A DNA stretch of 64,000 nt from Antedon mediterranea (taxonomy: Eukaryota; Animalia; Echinodermata), in contig NC_092678.1 of the NCBI RefSeq assembly GCF_964355755.1, forward strand, positions 12,336,352 to 12,400,351, in the 5' to 3' direction. Within the stretch, counting starts at the first letter, position 1, and every line of letters starts with the position of its first letter. Below are positions 12,801 through 25,400 of the stretch, piece by piece. Both the position numbers and the translations under genes were made by a program. The notes below the pieces were generated by a model. It saw only the letters and a list, made by a program, of their open reading frames with translations, did not search any database and was not told where the DNA came from.

Positions 12801-15800
12801 ATTTTTTTAGTCACTAAATGTGAATAGTAACACATTTTATTTAGATGAATTAAAAAATCCAACGTCAATGAGATTTTAACAAGTTTATTAGATTTACGTC
12901 GATTCCATCCATATGATGATGTTGATCTAAATCAAAGCTAATTTTAAACGGACATTTTTATAAAATTGACATAACAAATGCATTAGTTTGCTTAGCCATC
13001 AAAATTTAAAAAAAAGTTTGTTATAAATGGTTTCCATTCATAATAATATCAATAAATGTCATGCTATTGCATACATAGTGCCATAGATGGTTTATTAAAT
13101 TTTAGAAATTAGATTTAGTAAAAATATAGATTAATGGTTTATGTCCTAGATTACGGTTCTGATCATATGTCCAAATGTTTCACTACAGCATTACCGTATA
13201 GTTTTCTAAATAGATATTAGAGTATCTTGTGTTAATATTTTTCCAGTAAACCTGAAACATAAGCGTGTCAGTTTTCTGTAATTGCAATGTGCCTAAAATT
13301 TAATTGTAAAAAGCGTAACGTGTATTTCATTTTAGTATGACTACGCATCTAAGGACAAAAAGGAAGTAAATGTATATATTAGAGTATTTTGGAATGAGAA
13401 TGTAATTGAAAACACTTATCAAGGTTGGTTTCAATTGATTGTTTATATTGATAAGAGTTACAATGCAGCTATACAAATGCCTGGTTCCTTTTTTAACATA
13501 TACCAGTTTTAGTATAAATCAACATACTTCTATTATAGGCCTAAAGCTCTATCTACAATATCAAATTAGTTTGATAAAAATGTGTGATTTGCCAAAATAT
13601 GGTAGTAATAATGGCATCATCATGTCCATAATGGACACATGAAATTGTTATGTCACATACAGTTTGATAGTGTAGACAAACTAGCTTGACAAAAAAGTTT
13701 ATGTGTCCAAATATGGTAGTGACTATCATGTCCATAGGCACATCAATTGCCAATTGCATGGAACTCCATTGCCACCTGGGATTTATGCATTTTATGCGAA
13801 CTCATGTTTTACATTATCTTGCCATTTAGCATTAATACTGTATATCCTTTGGTAAGCTTCAACATTTATATGACAGGTGAGATAAAACTTATTGTTAATA
13901 TTTCTTGCATTGTATATCTATTTACCAGTTACATTGTACAAATGTAGTGTTCAACGTCCAGACTGCAGTCGATGTTATTCAATGAACACCACTAGGTCAG
14001 CACTTGATTGTGTCTGGTGTACTGGAGACCAATGTTCCTACAGTCCATTCTGTTCATCAATAGTGAATGAATGTCCATCACCTGTTATTATTCAGGTAAT
14101 TGGAATTATTTTTCTTCTACTTCTATTCTATTTTAATCTTGTTTCAGGGAATAAATTTGATTGAAAACGCGAATCTGAAACTGAAGAACAAATATTTTAC
14201 TACAAGTCTAAATCATTTCTTAAGTAGGCTTTTATGTTTGTCATTTTTTTTTCAGATTCTTCCCATCTCTGTTGCTACAGTAACTACTCAACCAGAACCT
14301 GATTTCACAGAGGTCATTGAACTATTCGGAACTGATTTTGGACAGATGATGTCAGACATTTACAGCATTACGATAGATAACAAAGAATGTGTAATAGTCG
14401 CTGATGGATTTAACATACATTTACAAAGGTATTTATTGAGAAAAACTTAAATAATATTAAACAATAAAATATAGGTACATTCTTTGGTTATTAAATTACA
14501 TTTTTATTCTTAATAATAGTATACTGTAGTAAATTTTAGGGGAAATAATTGAAATATAATTCCTTAAGAATATAATATAGAACAACAACAAATAGGAAAT
14601 ATACTGACAATTATTGTTAGTTTATTTCCTTTTGTTGCTGTGCAGTTTAGAGGTTACCATTTCCAAGTTGCTAAATTATTATACTATTTATTGATATAAT
14701 TCGCCTAGTTTATATCCCTCGTTGAAATAACCTTTATCAACGCAATTAAAATTGTTACATTTTAAAATTTACTATACCTACACAGTGTGAAATGTAAAGC
14801 TCCTGTGTTTGATAGTTTCTCTCAACATGACGTCATCATAACTGCCCAAGGAAAGACAAGTGCACCTATAGTCTTACTCTATCAGGTATATATTTTTTAA
14901 ATAATGTAAAAAAATATTGTTTGTATGAATGGCAGAAAGTCAAACTAGTTACATTTTAATTAACATTAAACACTAAAATATATTTTACAAAACTATTGTA
15001 GTACGAAAAGTTATTTATACGATTTGTTTGAATATAATGAAATCAGTGTTTGTCTTTAAAATATTAAAAATAAACATAACTTGTATTAAATGTAATACTG
15101 TAGATGTTGTATTGTGTAGAAAGATAACGTGTTTTTATTTTAGAATCCAATTATATCTGAGTTGAGTCCAAGGTTTGGCATAAAAGCTGGTGGAACTACA
15201 CTAACATTCAGTGCATCTAATCTGAACACTGGGAATGACTTAATGGTATCTATTGATGGAAGTGAATGTTTTGTTACAGAGTAAGAAACACAAACTCAAA
15301 GTAATGTATTGATAAGAAAAGGCTAATCTATTAAATGAAATTATAATAAAGTGTTTTTCGTCGCTGCAGTAATGTTACATTTATTTCATCTGCTTCTCTG
15401 CCAATTATTCTATAATAATCTCAAAACTGTATAAATGATTATGTTGGTTATTTTATTTTGTGTCAATTTTTGTGTCAGTATCAATGAAAACCAGATAATG
15501 TGTACGACATCAAACTATACAACATCTGGAGCTAAAGTTGCAGTAACAGTTACATTTGGAAATGCTGTTAGAGATGGTCCTACCTTCACTTACACTACAA
15601 ATCCCACAGTGACTGACTTCCAACCTAATAAAGGCATTCAAGCGTAAGAAGACATACATTGTGTTCTCAATTATAATATATGTATTCGTTCATTGAATAG
15701 ACGATGGAGTACTGCAAAGTATTTTTCTATTACTACGCACAGCTTCAGTAACAATCAGTAATTGATTGATCAATACATTTATTGAATTGGTTGCATACCT

Positions 15801-18800
15801 ATCTAAATTGTTAGGATATTTTTTTTCTAAACATTCTCCTAAAATGTATGATACTGTAGTATATAAATATTTAAAATTAAACAAGACAATGTATATATTT
15901 TAAAATAATTTAAATTTATTGAAATTAAAAATAACGTTTTTATTGCAGAGGTGGTCAAAACATCATAGTGACAGGAACAAATTTTCAATATGTACAGAAA
16001 GCACAGATGTTTTTAAATAGTATATTAACTGAAAATGTAAGATTTAAATTACGATTGGATAAATTTCAATTGAAAGAAAGAACACTTAACTACTAATATT
16101 AGGGCATACTTACATATACCCACCATTAAGTACTTGGTAATGCCAATTTATTTAAAACTTTCTTCTTCAAAATGATTCTATAATTTTGTAGAAATACATA
16201 TTATATCGAAGAATATTATATGAAATAATTGGGCATGAAACAAAATAATTTTTTTTTCTTCCCAGAACTGTATAATTCTGTCAAATGAGAATATGGATTG
16301 TAAAAGTCCACCAGCTGATCTCTCCACATCAGGTAGCAGACGACAGGCAGACCAGGAAGTTTTACCTTTGACATTTTCATTTGATGATTTTGTTCCAACA
16401 TTGAACGGTGATTTCGGATTTTCCGTTTACTCTAATCCAGTTTATTATCTCTTTGATAATAAGTCTTCTTACGGAGAGAAAACGGAAGATGGTGACTATA
16501 AATATGACAACAAAATTGACGAGTTCATGATTCTGATGGTAATTATAATATGTGACATTTTTTTATTTGGTTTTGATTTAAGAGTTAGAATTCATCATTG
16601 TAAACCATTTAAAGCTGTTCGACATAGTCAGTTTTTGTGGATATGATGCCGATTGGGCTTCTTTCCAGCCACTTGATGGTTTTGATTTTTAGTGTCAGGA
16701 AAAGAGTCCTATATTTCTTCTTGTTTAATTTGTAATAACAATTGATAATATTATTCTGATTGCCTGTAAATATTTACAAGGTTTACAATTAAATCTTGCA
16801 AAATTGGACCACCAGAAACACTACATCAATAACATCTTAATTGTCATAAACTTATTCAGTTTCAAATTTCATATATGAAATTCTTATTGGTCAGATGTTT
16901 TGCCCAATTCTGACGTAACTGTAAATTATTCTCATTACAAGTGCGAGAGAACATAACTGACCAATAAATTCAATACATTGCTACATTGGTTCATATAAAA
17001 ATGCAATGGCGTTTTAAACTTGATTATAGTTTTGAGAATCAGTATTTTATTTATACCCAACATTAAAAAAAAGCCTGTATTTACATAATAGGGGTCTGAC
17101 ATCAACCTTGCTAGTAATGTTGAGGATTTTTAAGTGTTCATTGGAAGTGTTAAATGCACTGTAAATTCAATAACACGTACAGTAGTTCTTGTTGAAATAC
17201 CAGATAAGGAACCTAATCCAGTAGATGGTGAAGATCATCCTATTGTTAAGGTAGATCGTGAGCTCACTAGATAATACTTTTAATATTATATATAATATTT
17301 TTATAATATTCAATAGTCCGTAACCAATAATGTCAAAATCACAAATTGTTTTTAAACGAACTCATCAACATTGTAATATTAATTTATTTTAATTTTTAAG
17401 ATGAACTACGTTATTTATGTTGTTCTGTTTTAGTGGCTGTTTAGACTTAGGTTGAATAAGTAAAACAACGTACAGAACTTAGAGACAAAAAAAGTGTTTG
17501 TCAAAATCCTATTTTACGAAATTCTAATTTTAGACTTTGATAGGCCTACTTAAACATTTTTTAATATATTCATACATTATTACTACTAGATTGTTTTTAA
17601 CAAAAAATGTACTACAGAATGTAACCAATGTTAGTGTTTTAATATTGATTGTCTCCAAATAACTTTAGATCCGTCATGGAAATCTAAAGTTCACTTTCGG
17701 TGCAATAAGATATGTAGGCATTGGATTGTCTACCACCGTCATAATTATTATAATTACGGTTGTTGTGATTGTGGCTATCACCATTACAATCATACTTGTC
17801 TACTGGCGTAGATCAAGAATACTCGACAGACAATTGGAAGAAACAACAGTGAGATTTTTTAGAAAAAGTAAGCTAAAAAGCATTATAGATAAACTCAAAC
17901 TATTGATATCATAAGGGGCTTGAAAAGTAAAAGCTAAATTTGGATATATGAGTGATGTAAAATATAACTGATTATTTCTACAAAAATGTCCCATAAACTA
18001 AGAGTAGTGATTTACTTTTTGAAATTAGACGCATTTTGAATTACTATCGCAAGTCTTCTAGAAACGAGTTTTAACAAGTTTTTGTAATAAAACAAGATAA
18101 TTAGAGTGCCTATAGGAATACGCTACTGGAAAACTAATATGCACAATTAATCCAAATGTTTTGCAATTTGTAGCGCCGAGTTTAGTGTTTATGTACTGTA
18201 TATAGATGATGAGGATAGCATACCGGCATTATAATGAAACAATCGATTACACATAAAGCTACATTCAGTATATACGAAAGTCAATAACTACAATCTAAGT
18301 AATTGTTAATAAATTCATTCATATTTAGAAGAAGAAAAAGAAAAGGAGTTTCTAGGAATAGATGACGATAATTCAGAAGTAAGGTATATGGGCATAGTAC
18401 ATGACAGCATAATAGCAAGAGAATTTAGTCAGAGTAAAGAGCATTATGTACAATGTATGCTGTTTCTTGGATGTGAGATGACTCCAGTAATGCAAGAAAG
18501 TGGATATGTAAGATATTGCTACTTGCTTGTGATTACACAACGTTACAAAACATTCAATTAACGCGGGGTGTTACCTCAATGATTAATTGTATTTTGTAAG
18601 GATTTTGCAGTATTTACACCATGTCATCCGAAAGGAAGAAAGGAAGTAGGCAAATTGTTTACATTTAAAAATTCTCAACTTTACATAATCTTTTTTTAGA
18701 AAATTATAGTTTTACATTTATTTACAAATACGTACGAGAATACGATATAATATTATAATATTATTACTTTCATATGTTATGTGGTATTGTTTTATTATTT

Positions 18801-21800
18801 TATAGACTGAACTGTTGGAAGATCATCGAGGTTTACCTGAACTGGATTTGTTTTTGGACGAGAAGTTTCTAATGAAAATAATTAACATTTTAGACAATGA
18901 CTCATCGTTTACATCTGTACAAAGGTATATTAAAAAAAATTGTAATGATTTTAGATTTAGATTTGGATAATAAGTCTATGGTTATGATACAATATCGGTA
19001 CAAACGGTGCAAGGAAGCTGCAATCAGTGTCACTTTTAAGTTACAATGGTTCACGTCTAACTTTGTCTATTATATGGTTCTGGTGGCAGAACACGTAAGA
19101 AAAACCGTTACAGTCTATTGGTTACTATATAATACTATAATTACGCCTACAATTAATACAAACTTTTATCTGTTTTACTTTAGGCAAAACTTTTCCGCTT
19201 TGTTCTTAATGGCTATGGTTGGTGATGATAAAACAGAATATCTATTTCAGTGAGTAATACTCAGTATATACCTTATTAATTTACAATTCTTGTGTATGAC
19301 GTATGCAAGAATGAACGCTAGAATTGGCAGCACTGACTGACTTAAGCGACAAGATGTAGTTGGAAAGTAAATTATCTAAGTCCACAGTAGCAATGATCGT
19401 TATACAATTTAAGTTATTATTAAGTAATTCTATGGTTACGCTTAATTCTAATATGTTGTGTGATTAAATATTTTAGTATTATGGATATGCTTCTAAGCAA
19501 ACATATTGCTAACAAAGTGAAGGCCAAAAATGTCAAGTTAGCTTTAAGCAAGTGGGTACAGTTATTTTGTGTTTTTAATAATTAATTATTAAAACCTAAT
19601 TTGCAAACGTGTGTTTATCAAGTTATGACATATTACTTTAGTGACTGTGAATGTGAAATATACTTCAATATGTACTTATATACTTCTTATATACTTCATA
19701 TACTTTTTATCTATTGCTATATTAATCAAATGTAATATAGCAATTACCTTCAATTACAGAAACGGTGAAACTGTTATCGAACATATGATATCTCACGTGA
19801 TGGCATTATGCATGTATAAATACACAATGGTATGTAAATTATTTTATACATTAATAATTATACCTACATATCATTATTCTTAATAATTAAACTAATGATG
19901 TCCTAAATCAAGTCGGTTTATTATATTAGTAAGTAATATTATGTGATTTGGTTTACGTAATGTAAAATTAGCTTGGTTTGGGTTATTTTCTTAACAAAAG
20001 ATTTTCTTTCTAAATAATATAAGTCTCTTTTTTATTTGTAACAAATTTGACTCTTTAATAGGAATATCAAATAAAGTCCATCAATCATCAATTAATCAAT
20101 CAATCAAATAAGATCAGATCTAAAATAACGTACTGTATATAAATATATTATGTGTGTTGTATACTACTTTCACTTCAATTTTGCAGAAGTATGTATCAGG
20201 GCCTCTTTTGCAACTTGTAGATGCTATAACTACGAGAATAGATAGTGGTGCGGTAGACGCTGTTCATCATCATTGTCAATATTCTTTAGACGAGAACTGC
20301 CTTCTGCCAATTGATGTTACTGGAGAGAATATAGTAAGATATCTGCAAATGTTTTGGAAACATTTGAGTATATAACATATAACACTGAAGCATAATGCTA
20401 CTTGCAAACAATTATTTTAATACATTTTTAGAGCCCATGACAAGTAAATGTGTATATAATAAAAATGTTAAAGAAGGTCAGATAATCCCGCAAATATTTA
20501 ATTATTAGCCAATCCGATAAATACTGAATTTCCACACAAATTCAATGGCATTTTTTTTTCAATTTAGAATTTGAGTTTGGTAGTTGATGAGGAAAAACAA
20601 GAGATTGTGAAAGTAAACAGTTGTGATACGCTATTTCAAGTAAAACAAAAACTGTTAAATGTTATGTTTAAGGAACAACCTTTTTCAAAAAGACCCAACG
20701 TTTCATACGTTCAGTTAGGTGAGTACACCAACAAACAAGCAATTTAATTGTATCTTGCTCCTTTATTCTGTAGATTTCAATTATATAAATACTGTAATAA
20801 CCTAATTTTTTTTTCTAAATCTAGAATGGAGAGTGAATGTAGATCAACGAATTATTTTACAAGATACCGATTTACAGACAGAAAGAAAACTAAAAACAAT
20901 TGCAGATTTTGGAGTAATATTACTATAGTATTTTTTGTTTTGTAATATAAATTAACTGTTAGAAAAATGTATTAAGCCTATAATAATAGGCTTACTAGGT
21001 TGTGTACAGGCCGGACGTCAGTGGACACAAGCTTAACATGACGCATGCACCTTAATTAATTAAAAAAAAATACTTTTCTATACCAGCAGGTTAGCAAACA
21101 AATAAATCAATCACTACTCGGATCGTAAATTTGAAGAATTACTTTTTTTTCAGATTCAAAATAAAGCAGTGGTAGCGTTTGTAGACGTTTGGAAGGAAGA
21201 TATCAACGCGTCAGACCAGTATGATACAATTAAGCAACCAATAGTTGCTAGACATGGTAATAATGATAATATGTATTGGTATACATACTACATTCCAATT
21301 GAACCTTACTAATATATATATAAATCAATGATGTTGCGTAGCACTGTGTAAATTATATATAAATCATACTGTAAATTATAGAAACAGTGCTCATATTCGG
21401 AACATGATCTCATAATCGCGTCGAGCATAGCTCATTGGCGAAAGTTCCATATTTTTTAGTTGTATGAAAAAATGTTTCTGGCTGGATTCGAACCTGCAAC
21501 CTCTCGCTTACAGGGCGAGTATCATACCACTAGACCACAGAGCCATGTATGGTATTATCACAGATTTTCACCCACCAGATACATTCTCTCATACAACAAA
21601 CGCCCTCACAATCAGTGGAGGCTTAACAAGTCAGAATAAATTCCAACTTTAATTCGCAACGGTTTTTTAAATAATATTGTGTATATGTAAATCAATGATG
21701 TTGCGTAGCACTGTGTAAATTATATATAAATCATACTGTAAATTATAGAAACAGTGCTCATATTCGGAACATGATCTCATAATCGCGTCGAGCATAGCTC

Positions 21801-22415
21801 ATTGGCGAAAGTTCCATATTTTTTAGTTGTATGAAAAAATGTTTCTGGCTGGATTCGAACCTGCAACCTCTCGCTTACAGGGCGAGTATCATACCACTAG
21901 ACCACAGAGCCATGTATGGTATTATCACAGATTTTCACCCACCAGATACATTCTCTCATACAACAAACGCCCTCACAATCAGTGGAGGCTTAACAAGTCA
22001 GAATAAATTCCAACTTTAATTCGCAACGGTTTTTAAAATAATATTGTGTATATGTAAATCAATGATGTTGCGTAGCAACATCATTGATTTACATATACAC
22101 AATATTATTTAAAAAACCGTTGCGAATTAAAGTTGGAATTTATTCTGACTTGTTAAGCCTCCACTGATTGTGAGGGCGTTTGTTGTATGAGAGAATGTAT
22201 CTGGTGGGTGAAAATCTGTGATAATACCATACATGGCTCTGTGGTCTAGTGGTATGATACTCGCCCTGTAAGCGAGAGGTTGCAGGTTCGAATCCAGCCA
22301 GAAACATTTTTTCATACAACTAAAAAATATGGAACTTTCGCCAATGAGCTATGCTCGACGCGATTATGAGATCATGTTCCGAATATGAGCACTGTTTCTA
22401 TAATTTACAGTATGA

Positions 22416-22469
<54 letters not shown>

Positions 22470-25400
22470 TTAATATATTTCAACTTTAAAAAAAATCAGT
22501 TTCTCCTTATTTTATGTAATTATAATTGTTCAATAATAAATTAATAATATAAAAAAACAAACAATACTGTTTATAAAGTCACGGTCATTTATACTGAAGA
22601 TTTCTTATTGGTATTACAACAACAAACAGCTTTATTCAGCCAATGAGTGGCAGAATAAACCAATTTATTTGTTGTTGTTGTTGTTTGTGCTATTGTTTTA
22701 TTATTGTTTATGATGTAACTTTACTTTTTAAGAAACTAACATCTACCAAACATCAATCAATGCAGATGGCACTTTCCACATTGTGAGTGATTTTAGTTCA
22801 AATACTTTCAAACATTTACAGTCACCATTAATTGAATAAACAACAAACAATTGATATAAATAAATCTTATTGCTTATTGGACATCTGGTAATGAACTGTG
22901 AACTAAATATTCATTAAAGTAGCTTTACGCTAGTCGATAATTTGACTACACATCAGTTACTGTTGGTCGTTTAGTAGGCGTTCTAGTTAAAAAAAATATA
23001 TTTAGCATACATTGCTTGTCATAACTAGAGACTTGGCAAGTGTAGTTGGTCAGTTTTGATTATTTTGAAATGAACTTTTTTTTTAGTTGGAAGGAAATGT
23101 GTACACGGGTGCGTATGATGCAATGGACGGCGAGAAGCCAAATATTGATGAATCCATCTTTGAAAGGTTAACTGAAACTAAGGTAGGAATAAATAAAAAC
23201 AACATTTTTTGATTTAAACTATTTGAAACAGTTGGTTTTTAATAGGATGCAACTTGACATGCATATGAGACGTATCACTCTAATGTATCTTGTTGTTGGT
23301 CAAACTTGTATTGTCCGTCCATTGTGTCCTCGAAACTTTTTGTATGGGAGTAAACCCGCTTTTATTGTTGTTCTGCATATATCGAACATCATTGGTTTGG
23401 TTTTCCTTAATATTTTACAGTAATAAGTATATTATTATCTCTCATGTCCACAGCATATTTACCAACAGCATGTTGACTCCATAATGAATAATGTATTCAG
23501 CTCATCATCGAACAAAATCCATCTACCGCTATTTGTTAAATATCTTTTTGATTTTCTGGATAACATGGCGACTAAGCATGGTGTTAGTATCAATGAATTG
23601 AAGATATGGAAAAACAACAGGTATTGAAATTGCAATACATTGTTAGATAATGATATATTTAGGTTTTACTCAAAGCTCACAATGGTGTATCTACGATTTA
23701 CATCGAAGAATTGGCTCCTAAGAGGTCTGATTATTTAACATTAAAAGAAACAAGGTTAAGAAATTTAAATTATAAATATTCAAAATTCAAATTAAAAGTG
23801 TAGGCCTAATAATTTATGTTTATATATGAGCGTCTATTTCTTCTTTTATAATGAGCATTTTCCAAATTATTTGTCTTACAATTTCAATATCAGCACGTAT
23901 TTTTTCCATTTTCATACAATGTAATCAAAATAGCAAGAAAAATCAGAAGTGGACTAGATCAATAATCATATTTTTATCCTTTTTTAGTTTAGCTGAAATG
24001 TTTTGGTTAAGAATACTGAGAAACCCTGCTTATGTCTGTGACATTCAACAAACGCCCCCTATTGATATTACTCTCGGTATCATCTCTACTGTTTTCCGAG
24101 AATCTTGGTCAATTGAGCTGTTTGGTTTTAAAAAGGTAAAACGCAAAAGTCAATGTATTTATTTTTGTATTGTATGGCTGCGTATTTTAATGTGCGACGA
24201 CATCTTACCGAGACCGTTTAATGAATATCAGTTTACTACTTTAGCTTCTGTTCAGAATCATATTTGTTCATATTATTGTTTTAGTTTTATATTTGCACGA
24301 TTTTGTTGAAATTAAGAACTAACTGTAGACCTACAGTTTGTCCAAATCTGAAATATCATAAATACACTTTCTTTTGATTATTTGGATTCTAAACCGTCAC
24401 ATTCGCTTCACTGTTTATTCATGTAGACCACCCTACAGTTTCAAAATTATAATTAGGTGATCATTTAGAATAAAATGATCACCTATTGTTATTGTATGAA
24501 ATCTTTATTAGGTGATCATTTAGAATAAAATGATCACCTATTGTTATTGTATGAAATCTTTATTCTTCTTCTTATTCTTATTATTTATTTCTCTCTGTAC
24601 AAATTTGTGTAACAATTATCTCAAAAAGTTTAATGTAAATGATTACCAAAATTTTACAATGTCGTTCAAATACTGTAACTTAGTCCTAATAAGCTTTTCA
24701 GCGTGATCACTCATCCATGACGTCGCGTATACGCCATTTTGTGAAATCACATTGTCAATCATATCTCCATAATTCATTATCACATATTAATGAAATTTAC
24801 TACACGTAAACTTCAGGTCAAAGGTAAAAGTATTAGCAAATAAAAAATTGCGTGTTTCAAGGTCATGCGCGTGAAATCGCGCATTAAAATTTTAAAAAGC
24901 TCAAAATTAAGTTTTGATCAATTTAGAGCATGAAATAGGCCATTTGCGTGTTTCAAAAAATTACTGCGCAAAAACATATTTTTGGCTACGCGAGTTTTAA
25001 AAAGCGTCAAAAATAAAATTTGATGTATACATCACATTCTACTCACAAACCTTAGTACATTCTCCAACTTTGAGTCCATTCCGACTTAAAATAACGCTAT
25101 ACGAGCACGTTAAACATGACAAAATGCGCACATTAAATGTACAAAAGTGCTAAAAATGGTAAAAAGTAGGGCCTTTTTAAAATGAATATAACTTTTCAGA
25201 ATGAAAGGTGACCCCAATTTTTTTAACTTATTATGGAAGCCAATGAGTTGTATAAATAAAATGTATATACACAGTAGACGTACAAAATGGTATGACGTCA
25301 TCATTTGGCCACATGAATTTTGAAAATAGGGGTTTTTCCCCTTTTGTCATAGACCACCATATTCAACAGAGCGCAACTCGCTTATCTGTTATCGATTTTC

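Larger units (their letters stand above)
21320..22416. repeat. 367-bp unit: two direct copies plus one inverted copy, bounded by (AT)n
   Basis: 21320-21686 and 21687-22053 are near-identical. Fold-back centre gatgttgc-gta-gcaacatc at 22064-22082. The inverted copy runs to ~22416. (AT)n tracts lie at ~21312-21322 and 22419-22462. Confidence 0.95.

Noticed and set aside
17131-17133. Selenocysteine or variant genetic code explaining the internal stop
   Set aside because: The codon is TAA, not TGA, and TAA serves as the normal terminator of all three genes in the window.
17849-18328. Apparent second frameshift between the plexin TM exon and the next exon
   Set aside because: Using the donor GTAAGC at 17868 instead of GTGAGA at 17849 gives phase 1 and restores the frame.
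21320-21686. Hammerhead or HDV-like ribozyme in the 367-bp unit
   Set aside because: There are stems next to GAAA (gcactg/cagtgc; ggaac/gttcc), but I found no CUGANGA core or HDV P1/P3/L3 pattern by eye on either strand.
21464-22315. Three identical 62-aa ORFs (MKKCFWLDSN...)
   Set aside because: They are the antisense reading of the tRNA-like repeat unit, and their identity reflects the DNA repeat.
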